Source: Microcystis aeruginosa NIES-2549
GTDB lineage: Bacteria > Cyanobacteriota > Cyanobacteriia > Cyanobacteriales > Microcystaceae
Reading direction: 5' to 3'
DNA length: 32,000 nucleotides
Assembly: GCF_000981785.2 (NCBI RefSeq)
Contig: NZ_CP011304.1
Coordinates: 90,001 to 122,000, forward strand
Made by a program: the position numbers and the translations under genes. Position 1 is the stretch's first letter, and each line of letters starts with the position of its first letter. This document shows positions 1 to 7,424 of this stretch, piece after piece. The notes under the pieces were generated by a model. It saw only the letters and a program-made list of their open reading frames with translations, made no database searches and was not told where the DNA came from.

Positions 1-720
1 AATGACTCTGGCAAGTTCTAAGGCTTCGGGTAACACTTCAGGTAAATAGGGAGCTAACCCGGTCAATGCCCTTGCACGGTAGTATTCATCCCTAATCCCT
101 CTGGCAACCGCTAAAGCTTCGGGTAACAAACTGACCGGTAAATAGGGAGCTAACCCGGTCAATGCCTCTGCACGGTCGTATTCATCCCTAATCCCTCTGG
201 CAATTTCCAAGGCTTCGGATAACACTTCGGGTAAATAGGGAGCTAACCCGGTCAATGCCCTTGCACGGAAGTCTTCAACCCGAATCCCTCTGGCAGCTTC
301 TAAGGCTTCGGGTAACAAACTTTCCGGTAAATAGGGAGCTAACCCTGTCAATGCCCTTGCACGGAAGTTTTCAACCCGAATCCCTCTGGCAGCTTCTAAA
401 GCTTCGGGTAACACTTCCGGTAAATAGGGAGCTAACCCGGTCAATGCCCTTGCACGGTAGTATTCATACCCAATCCCTCTGGCAATTTCTAAGGCTTCGG
501 GTAACACTTCCGGTAAATAGGGAGCTAACCCGGTCAATGCCCAAGCACGGTTGTATTCATACCCAATCCCTCTGGCAACTTCTAAGGCTTCGGGTAACAC
601 TTCAGGTAAATGAGGAACTAACTCAGTCAATGCCCATGCACGGTCAGATTTATCCCCAATCCCTCTGGCAATTTCTAAGGCTTCGGATAACAAAGTAGAA
701 GTAAGATAGGGACTAATTGC
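1..720 (-). repeat. Tandem 93/96-bp coding repeats (31/32-aa HEAT-like units) at the C-terminal end of the STAND gene
   Basis: The landmark GGTCAATGCC recurs at 61, 157, 250, 346 (TGTCAATG), 439, 532 and 625 (AGTCAATG), giving spacings of 96, 93, 96, 93, 93 and 93 bp. Units are highly similar at DNA level and continue off the left edge. Confidence 0.85.
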
Positions 721-3096
721 TGTTAATCCTCCGGCTTGCTTCTCAGAATCTGGATTTTGCCGTACATAAGCCAAACCCTGAGCAGGTGTCCAGATTTCAT
801 GTTTAATCAGTGCCGCAATTAATTCTGGTGGAATATTAGTCGCCAAACTATTAAGAGAAGTGGTGATTAAAGCATAACGCACCTGTAACCCCATAGACTC
901 ACTCTTGTTCTCAATAAAATGCTCCTCCGCCAGTTGCCAAGCCCGGGAAACATCCTTAATAAAAACTGCTGTTTTCCCTTCCCTTTCACATTGACTATAC
1001 CAACCATTATGACCTTCTGCGGTTTCTTCCCTCAGTAATAGATGAATCTGGGCTATCTGTCCCGCTTTTTCCAAATGCCAGAGCAATTGATTATAAATAT
1101 AGCCATCATCCTCTAAACTGTGCCAATTTGATCCCCCTAAATCCCCCTTACTAAGGGGGACTTCCACCTCTTTTCCCCCCTTTTCAAGGGGGGTTAGGGG
1201 GGATCTCTCCTTTTCAAGGGGGGTTAGGGGGGATATCTCCTTTTCAAGGGGGGTTAGGGGGGATATCTTAATTTGTCTTTGATACCGTTGTAAAAGTTGC
1301 CCATGCGCTTCAGAAATCGACAAACCTAACCCCGGTAATCGATAATCCGTTTCAGTATTAGGAGACGCTAGGATCAGATTTCGGGCTAAATCATGTAACA
1401 AATCATGGACCCGATAACTCGTTAATAGTTCACTAGAAACCCCCGTTAATAATAAAGCTTTACCCCGTAAATATCTTAAAGTTTGCCTCGCTTCTCTAAC
1501 CGGACAATCCCATAAAGTCGTCGCCATTTTTTCGGTAATGGTAACATCATCGGGTAACACCCCTAACCAGCTAAATTGTCTCAATCTTTGCCCATTTAAC
1601 CGCTTTAAACTGAGATTAAAGCAAGCAATTAAACTATAATGTTTTCGTTTTTCTTCATTGACAGTATCTCCAGCTTCCAAGCGATCTAAAATTTCTAAAT
1701 GAGCGATTTCTGCTCGTAAATCTTCGATTAATTCAGCCCAAGGAATCCCATCTTCAATTTGTGCCGCCGTCAACTCCAAAGCTAAGGGTAAATAACCGAC
1801 AATTTTGGCTAATATTTTGGCTTGTTTCTGATCTGCTAAATTTAATTCATGCTTTAAATAACCCGTTAATAAGGCTAAAGATTGGCTTTCCGTCATCACA
1901 TTCAAATCATAACGAATTGCTCCTTTAACGGGAACTTCCCTAGTGGTTACTAATAATTTACATTGATTTACTGCTACTCTAAAAGGATCAATATCTTCCA
2001 CATTCCAGAGATCATCTACCACTAATAAAGCCTTTTTATCTGCCAATAAAGTCCTCAAGTGTAAGGATGCCGCATCAATACCCGTCGGCTTAAAATTATA
2101 ATCTCCTAAAGCTTGAATCCAGCCATGAAGAAAGGATAAAATATCTGGTTGTTGTCCTAAAGTTGCCCAGAAAATGCCATCAGGAAAATAAGCTTGAACT
2201 TCTTTTTCTTGTGCTAATGCCGCCGCTAAAGTGGATTTACCAATCCCTCCTAATCCATAAATCGCACTAATAACTAAAGTTCCAGTTTTTTCCGTTGTTT
2301 CTGACAATAAAAGTTGTTTTAATTCAATACTAACCTCTGGACGTTCGACAAAATAACTCGGTTTAGGAGGAGCTTGATTGCGATAGGAAGAAGATTTTAA
2401 AGAAGCGGATATAACGGGTTTAGGTTCAGGATCAATATCATGGTTTTCTAATATCTCACACCATTCGGGATTGTCATAAACCCTGGCCAAAGATTCAGCT
2501 TCTAAAGATGCCGGACGATCTCTAATTGGCTGTTTAGATTGTACCCCAATCACTAACCCATGACAAACAATTGCTGATCCCGATGTTCCTTGCCAAGGTG
2601 ACTGATCTTCTGCTAATCTTTCTAATTGTTCATCGGTGGGTTGTATGTCTTGACTATCTTTAATATTTAATAACAACCGGTTATGAGGCGCACGATTAGA
2701 CACATCGATAGTTCCCTCAATATGTAACCCTGTGGCGTATTTTATCTCATCTTCAACATACCGTAAAAATAGAGGAAAGCCCAAACAGTCAAATTTAACT
2801 TTTTTTGTGGTATTAGCATCAGGTAACACCCCAAAACCTACAGGATTACAAGTTTCGATAGTTTCTGGTAATTCAACTAAAGCTATATCTATATTATCCG
2901 GTGCTTTCCAAATTACTTTAGCGTCTATATCCTGCTTATCAGAATAGTCTGATGCTGATCTAATTCGTACTTTACAGTCGTTACTATTATCAAATAGATG
3001 CCGACAAGTCAAGAGTAAACGTCCCCCAATTCGATAGGCAGTGCCATACTTAGGGGCAACAATTTCTAAAGCGCGATCGGGTTGGAATTGGGGCAT
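1..3096 (-). CDS. STAND NTPase, partial (C-terminus lies beyond window start): trypsin-like serine peptidase + NB-ARC ATPase + HEAT-like repeat array
   Basis: Absent from the ORF track because the frame has no stop inside the window. My reverse-complement translation from ATG 3096..3094 stays open to position 1. Peptidase triad contexts are LLLTCRHLF, DIALVEL and GTSGSAI (about 2500-3096). NB-ARC motifs are GLGGIGKSTLA (Walker A, ~2240), LLVVDDLW (Walker B, ~2020), LLVTTR, GYLPLALEL and VHDLLHDLA (MHD-like, ~1400). These are followed by at least 8 repeats of type ALTGLAPYLPEVLPEALEIARGI. Confidence 0.85.
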   Translation of the reverse strand, partial: MPQFQPDRALEIVAPKYGTAYRIGGRLLLTCRHLFDNSNDCKVRIRSASDYSDKQDIDAKVIWKAPDNIDIALVELPETIETCNPVGFGVLPDANTTKKVKFDCLGFPLFLRYVEDEIKYATGLHIEGTIDVSNRAPHNRLLLNIKDSQDIQPTDEQLERLAEDQSPWQGTSGSAIVCHGLVIGVQSKQPIRDRPASLEAESLARVYDNPEWCEILENHDIDPEPKPVISASLKSSSYRNQAPPKPSYFVERPEVSIELKQLLLSETTEKTGTLVISAIYGLGGIGKSTLAAALAQEKEVQAYFPDGIFWATLGQQPDILSFLHGWIQALGDYNFKPTGIDAASLHLRTLLADKKALLVVDDLWNVEDIDPFRVAVNQCKLLVTTREVPVKGAIRYDLNVMTESQSLALLTGYLKHELNLADQKQAKILAKIVGYLPLALELTAAQIEDGIPWAELIEDLRAEIAHLEILDRLEAGDTVNEEKRKHYSLIACFNLSLKRLNGQRLRQFSWLGVLPDDVTITEKMATTLWDCPVREARQTLRYLRGKALLLTGVSSELLTSYRVHDLLHDLARNLILASPNTETDYRLPGLGLSISEAHGQLLQRYQRQIKISPLTPLEKEISPLTPLEKERSPLTPLEKGGKEVEVPLSKGDLGGSNWHSLEDDGYIYNQLLWHLEKAGQIAQIHLLLREETAEGHNGWYSQCEREGKTAVFIKDVSRAWQLAEEHFIENKSESMGLQVRYALITTSLNSLATNIPPELIAALIKHEIWTPAQGLAYVRQNPDSEKQAGGLTAISPYLTSTLLSEALEIARGIGDKSDRAWALTELVPHLPEVLPEALEVARGIGYEYNRAWALTGLAPYLPEVLPEALEIARGIGYEYYRARALTGLAPYLPEVLPEALEAARGIRVENFRARALTGLAPYLPESLLPEALEAARGIRVEDFRARALTGLAPYLPEVLSEALEIARGIRDEYDRAEALTGLAPYLPVSLLPEALAVARGIRDEYYRARALTGLAPYLPEVLPEALELARVI
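1130..1268 (-). repeat. G/C-run palindromic repeat element plus 3 x 30-bp tandem copies, in frame inside the STAND CDS
   Basis: The unit CCTTTTCAAGGGGGGTTAGGGGGGAT(C/A)TCT occurs three times (1179-1208, 1209-1238, 1239-1268), encoding (I/R)SPLTPLEK(E/G) x3. The adjacent CCCCCTTACTAAGGGGG palindrome (about 1143-1159) resembles the intergenic repeats at 13858-13950 and 30413-30482. Confidence 0.8.
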
Positions 3097-3135
3097 AACT
3101 TATCGGATTGATGTAACCTATTCTTCTGGGATGGC

Positions 3136-3161
3136 GATGGGTTACGCTTCGCTAACCCATC
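3136..3161. other. Stem-loop (9-bp stem GATGGGTTA / TAACCCATC) in the 118-nt spacer between the trypco2-like and STAND genes
   Basis: Perfect 9-bp inverted repeat with an 8-nt loop, read directly. Its role (REP-type, attenuator or processing site) is unknown. Confidence 0.4.
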
Positions 3162-3214
3162 CTACAAATTAACTGCTTTGGGGGCAAGCATTGCGTCCCT
3201 AGGGGTATAAAATT

Positions 3215-3517
3215 CTAATCGGGAATATCATCACTTGCTGTCTTGATAGGTCCTCCATCTTTCCCAATGGGTTTAAGGGGAATTTTAATTCTATGGGTTA
3301 TCGTATCTTTATTGGTGACACCCCCACCCATTTCTACTACCCAAAATTTCAGCCCACCTTTGCCTTCTTTCGACTGCTCAACCACAAATTGAACCTCTAA
3401 TTCAATTTCACCCACTTCAAAGCGAATCTGCTCACCCTCAGAGGCTAAAATAGATTTACTCAGTTCAACCCGCAATGCTTCTAAGGTTTCTCGAAGTCCA
3501 ACTTTATTGATGTCCAT
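3215..3517 (-). CDS. trypco2-like (trypsin co-occurring domain 2) small protein
   Basis: 100-aa ORF immediately upstream of, and co-oriented with, the peptidase-STAND gene. The pattern LEALRVEL...IRFEVGEIELEVQFVV...GGLKFWVVEMGG...DTITHRIKIPLKP matches my recollection of trypco2 family proteins. This has not been checked by a search. Confidence 0.65.
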   Translation of the reverse strand: MDINKVGLRETLEALRVELSKSILASEGEQIRFEVGEIELEVQFVVEQSKEGKGGLKFWVVEMGGGVTNKDTITHRIKIPLKPIGKDGGPIKTASDDIPD

Positions 3518-3623
3518 AATTCTCTAGTTATTTTTGAAGGATGCAAACAAAAACCCTTTCAATTCTATCGTTTTTCTGAAACTTTAGGGCAGAGAGATTG
3601 CCTTTATCCAATTGATATAATAG

Positions 3624-3657
3624 CCCAACCCGATCGCTAAGGTAAGCGCGGGTTGGG
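3624..3657 (-). terminator. Possible terminator hairpin downstream of pdxH
   Basis: A 9-bp stem CCCAACCCG / CGGGTTGGG with a 16-nt loop lies about 90 nt after the pdxH stop. There is no clean U-tract, so this is weak. Confidence 0.25.
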
Positions 3658-3748
3658 AAAAGAAATCGACCTAATATTATCTCAAGACTAAAATGACAAA
3701 TTGAATTAGCATCGAGCTATTTTGCTAATACAAGGTGTCAAAATAAAA

Positions 3749-4393
3749 CTAAGGAGCTAAACGTTGCCTTTGCCAACTGCCATCTTCTTGACGATAATAA
3801 CAGAGACGATCGTGGAGACGACTGGGGCGACCTTGCCAGAACTCGATTAAACTAGGAATTAGGCGAAATCCGCCCCAATGAGGAGGACGGGGAACTTCAC
3901 GACCCGCATATTCTTCTTTTAGTTCTGCTAGGCGTTTTTCGAGTATATCTCGCCCAGAAATCACTTCACTTTGATTGGAGGCCCAGGCCCCTAAACGAGA
4001 TTCCCAGGGACGGACAAAAAAGTAATTATCCGATTCCTCCTCGCTGATTTTTTCTACAGTTCCCTCAATCCTAATTTGCCGTTGCAATTCTCCCCACCAA
4101 AACACTAGGGCAGCATTGGGATTGGCGATTAATTCCTGTCCCTTGGCGCTTTGGTAGTTGGTAAAGAGAACAAAACCGCGAGGATCGAAGTCTTTTAACA
4201 GTACCATGCGGGCCCGGGGTTTACCCTCCGGGGAAATAGTGGCTAAAGTCATAGCGTTGGGTTCCAATCTTCCCGAAGATACCGCCCGTTCTAGCCATTG
4301 TTTAAATACAATGAAAGGATCGGCAGATGTTTCTGACTCTAGCAATTCTTCAAGATTGTAGTCCAAGCGCAGGTCAGCGATCGATATGTCCAT
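3749..4393 (-). CDS. pdxH: Pyridoxamine 5'-phosphate oxidase
   Basis: 214 aa. The C-terminal IEFWQGRPSRLHDRLCYYR...RLAP signature is typical of PdxH. Confidence 0.9.
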   Translation of the reverse strand: MDISIADLRLDYNLEELLESETSADPFIVFKQWLERAVSSGRLEPNAMTLATISPEGKPRARMVLLKDFDPRGFVLFTNYQSAKGQELIANPNAALVFWWGELQRQIRIEGTVEKISEEESDNYFFVRPWESRLGAWASNQSEVISGRDILEKRLAELKEEYAGREVPRPPHWGGFRLIPSLIEFWQGRPSRLHDRLCYYRQEDGSWQRQRLAP

Positions 4394-4444
4394 GGTTTTG
4401 CTTGCTAAATTTTATCCTTTGAGATCCTACAAGATTCTACAATC

Positions 4445-5215
4445 ATGACTATCACCTCGGCCAGTGATGCGATCGCCTCTCTTTTAGAAATGGCGGAACA
4501 GGGAGAAATTGACCCCTGGGATGTGCAGGTTATCGATGTGATCGATCGCTTTTTGGCAGAATTGGGGTTATTAAATGATCTAGATTTAGCCATGGCCCAG
4601 GCTAATTTACCCCAATCGGGACAGGCTTTTTTATGGGCTTCTATGTTAGTTTTATTTAAGGCTGATACCCTAGAAAGATTGTCTTTGGACCAGCAAGAAG
4701 AAAGTCTGATTGATGAGGAAATTAGCGACTTAGAACGGGAATTAAGAACTTTACCCCGTTATCTAGAAAATCATATTCGCCGTCGTACTGCCGCCCCACC
4801 ACCGCGAAAAAGACGGGTAACTTTGCAGGAGTTAATCACTCAATTACAACAGATTGCCCTAGAGATTGAAGCTTTACCGAAACTGTCTGTAGTTGTCCCG
4901 AAACCCCGGCCCCAATCCCGACGGGAAGCGGTACAAATTATCACGGAATTGGCCCACCAAGAAAACCTGACGGAATTGGCAGCGGAACTGGACTTTTTTT
5001 TGCAGAGAAAGTTTTTTCAATTGGAGAAAAAGGAGATAGAGTTTGAGTATTTATTAGATTTATGGCAAGCGGAAAAGCCTTCTAGTCACTCGGCAACACA
5101 GGAAAAGGTGGCGATTTTTTGGGCTTTACTTTTACTGGCTTCTCAATCAAAAGTGGAGTTAAAACAGGAGGATTTTTATCAGGATTTAACTATTTGTTTG
5201 ATTAGGGTTTGCTGA
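4445..5215 (+). CDS. scpA: Segregation and condensation protein A (kleisin)
   Basis: 256 aa. The N-terminal LLEMAEQGEIDPWDVQVIDVIDRFL motif is characteristic of ScpA. Confidence 0.8.
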   Translation: MTITSASDAIASLLEMAEQGEIDPWDVQVIDVIDRFLAELGLLNDLDLAMAQANLPQSGQAFLWASMLVLFKADTLERLSLDQQEESLIDEEISDLERELRTLPRYLENHIRRRTAAPPPRKRRVTLQELITQLQQIALEIEALPKLSVVVPKPRPQSRREAVQIITELAHQENLTELAAELDFFLQRKFFQLEKKEIEFEYLLDLWQAEKPSSHSATQEKVAIFWALLLLASQSKVELKQEDFYQDLTICLIRVC

Positions 5216-5258
5216 AAAAGTTTTTTCTAGAGGCAGGGTGTGCGGTGTCGGGTGTGGG

Positions 5259-5328
5259 CTTCGGCCGTGAGCTTTTGCGTTCGACTGAGCGTTCGACAAA
5301 AGCTCACGCCGAAGTCTCACGCCGAAGT
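5259..5328. repeat. Imperfect long hairpin plus tandem 13-mer (CTCACGCCGAAGT x2) downstream of scpA
   Basis: CTTCGGCCGTGAGCTTTTGCGTTCGA ... TCGACAAAAGCTCACGCCGAAG forms an inverted repeat, followed by a direct repeat. It looks REP-like and may act as a terminator. Confidence 0.5.
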
Positions 5329-5764
5329 CCGAACGGGTGTAGGGTTTTACCGATTTTGAGGGGGTCAATTACCTAATTTTCAGGGAAAAAGTACCTGAAT
5401 TTTCCCCCCGATCACTCCCAGTCCCGGAACTTTTTGATGGGAAAAAAGTCTAAAAGTTTTATCCAACAAGGTTTTTAGATTTATTCAGCCAGCCCTAATT
5501 AAAAACCAATAGCGACGGCAGCCTAACTAGACCGTTGTAAATTTTTGTTACGAAGCGCAGTCAGATCGAAGAATCGGTGCTATACCCGCAGGAAAAAAGC
5601 TTATGTTATTTCAGCTGATTGTCAGGAATCCAGCTAAAGGACGTTGTTTGCAGTACGCTAATCTAGCTAACAGGCTTCTGAGTTTGATATAGGGAAAAGT
5701 TCGGCTCGATCACGCCAAAACGGGGTGATATGCTCAAAGTTTCCACATATCCTTACTCTGAGGA

Positions 5765-5791
5765 TTGTTATCGGTCAAGTTTCTGTATAAT
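5765..5791 (+). promoter_or_regulatory. Candidate promoter for the methyltransferase gene
   Basis: TTGTTA (5765-5770), a 15-nt spacer, then TATAAT (5786-5791) preceded by TG. The spacer is short. Confidence 0.25.
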
Positions 5792-5854
5792 CAATAGTTG
5801 GGCGGTAAGCATAAACCACAGCTACTAGGCATTTAGAGTGCTTGCCCTTCAAGT

Positions 5855-7387
5855 ATGTGGACTACAAGTAGTGTAGCCAAGAATGAAAACTTATATAATA
5901 CCCTAGATATAGCAATCAACATAAAGTTCCCTATGGCTGCAACAACCGTCAAAGATATTAGCAATCCTGATACATATAAAGGTTTGTACTCATTCCACAA
6001 ATATTGGGGTAAGAAGCCGACCGAGAGCATTTCTTTTTTTATACAAAACTATACAAGTATCACTGATATAGTTCTTGATCCTTTTTTAGGTTCAGGTCTA
6101 ATTAGCCGAGAATGTTTATCTCAGAAAAGAAGGTTTATTGGAATTGATATTAATCCATTTTCAGTTGAACACACAAAGTTTCTATTAGAGCTGCCAGAAG
6201 CCACATCATTTCGTGAGACTTTCAAGAGTGTTGAAACTAATATCAAGCAGAAAATTAATGATACATACCGTACCAGTAATGGAAAGATTGCATCTCATTA
6301 CCTATGGAATGGCAAAAACCTCTCAAAGATATGGATTAAACCAGAGGTAGGTAGAAGTAGAATTGAAATCGAACCAAATGAGTTTGATTGGGAAAATTTC
6401 AACTCGTTTTCTCAGTATTCAGTTCGTAATATTAGAGAGGCAATTTTTTTCACAAACTCTAGAATTAATTCTAACAACCAGATGTCCATCTATGATTTAT
6501 TTACTAGCAGGTCTTTACATAATATTGATCTGATACTCGATGAAGTAAAAACACTTCCTGATACGCTTAAACGAGCTTTCTTGTTAACTCTTACTTCCTC
6601 CTCGGGGCAAATGTCATCTATGGTGTTTGCAATTACTAATAGAGGGAAAGCTAAGAAACAAGTTTCTAATAAGATTGAAGTTGGAAGCTGGGTTATTGGT
6701 TACTGGCGACCGCACTTACACTTTGAGATCAATGTTTGGAATTGTTTTGAAAGTAGAGCCAACAAATTACACAAGACTTTGCTTAACATTGGCAGACGTG
6801 AACATCCACAATGCGAGTCGATAAACAGGCTTTTAGAAAGTACTCAAGGTGCCTTGATTCTTAATGAGGATTGCTTGAGCGTGATGAAAACCATACCTGA
6901 GAAAACCATAAAGCTAATTTGTACCGATCCACCTCATAGTGATAGGATTCCCTACCTTGAGTTAAGCGAGATGTGGAATTCTATCTTAAATGAGAAAGTA
7001 TGTTTTGAAAAAGAGATCATTGTTTCTAATGCCAAGGAAAGAAACAAAAAGAAAGATGAATATATTAAACAGATGAAACTATTCATCAATGAAGCGAGTC
7101 GTGTCCTTACTGATGAGGGAATATTCTTAATGTATTTTAATGCGCGCGATAAGCAAAGCTGGAGGTTTCTAGAGGTTCTCGAAAACAGTTCTGATTTAAA
7201 CTTTGTCGGTACTTTCCCTATGGAATACTCTGCAAATTCGGTAGTTCAGGATAATAGGAAAGGCGGGTTAAAGACAGATTATGTTCTTGTACTTGTTAAA
7301 AAGAGATTCAATATTAAGTTCCAGCATAGGCTAGATGAAATCCCAGGATGGTCAGCTTCACTACCAAAAGTGGGTTTGGAACCATGA
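5855..7387 (+). CDS. DNA N6-adenine or N4-cytosine methyltransferase
   Basis: 510 aa. The AdoMet-binding motif VLDPFLGSGLISRE...FIGIDINP lies at ~6064-6150 and the catalytic motif LICTDPPHSDRIPY at ~6917-6955. The start is uncertain, with an alternative Met at 5930. Confidence 0.8.
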   Translation: MWTTSSVAKNENLYNTLDIAINIKFPMAATTVKDISNPDTYKGLYSFHKYWGKKPTESISFFIQNYTSITDIVLDPFLGSGLISRECLSQKRRFIGIDINPFSVEHTKFLLELPEATSFRETFKSVETNIKQKINDTYRTSNGKIASHYLWNGKNLSKIWIKPEVGRSRIEIEPNEFDWENFNSFSQYSVRNIREAIFFTNSRINSNNQMSIYDLFTSRSLHNIDLILDEVKTLPDTLKRAFLLTLTSSSGQMSSMVFAITNRGKAKKQVSNKIEVGSWVIGYWRPHLHFEINVWNCFESRANKLHKTLLNIGRREHPQCESINRLLESTQGALILNEDCLSVMKTIPEKTIKLICTDPPHSDRIPYLELSEMWNSILNEKVCFEKEIIVSNAKERNKKKDEYIKQMKLFINEASRVLTDEGIFLMYFNARDKQSWRFLEVLENSSDLNFVGTFPMEYSANSVVQDNRKGGLKTDYVLVLVKKRFNIKFQHRLDEIPGWSASLPKVGLEP

Positions 7388-7424
7388 AATTTGACAAGAT
7401 AAATAAAAGCTTTAAGAATTGATT

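Noticed and set aside
255-698. 147-aa plus-strand ORF with a striking internal repeat (MPLHGS...SLWQLLRLRVT).
   Set aside because: It is the antisense mirror of the minus-strand HEAT-like repeat array. The minus-strand frame is continuous with a recognisable NB-ARC protein, whereas this one has no motif support.
1-720. Regularly spaced repeats that could suggest a CRISPR array. The same applies to 25250-26460.
   Set aside because: Units are contiguous with no unique spacers. The periods are 93/96 and 102 bp, and the units read in frame as HEAT-like and TPR protein repeats inside long ORFs.
2732-2947. 71-aa plus-strand ORF.
   Set aside because: It lies antisense within the peptidase domain of the STAND gene, has low-complexity sequence and shows no motifs.
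4158-4593. Short ORFs 4158-4361 (+) and 4405-4593 (-).
   Set aside because: They lie antisense within, or overlapping, the well-supported pdxH and scpA genes.
5186-5368. 60-aa minus-strand ORF.
   Set aside because: It reads through the REP-like hairpin and tandem 13-mer downstream of scpA. The peptide simply reflects the repeat.
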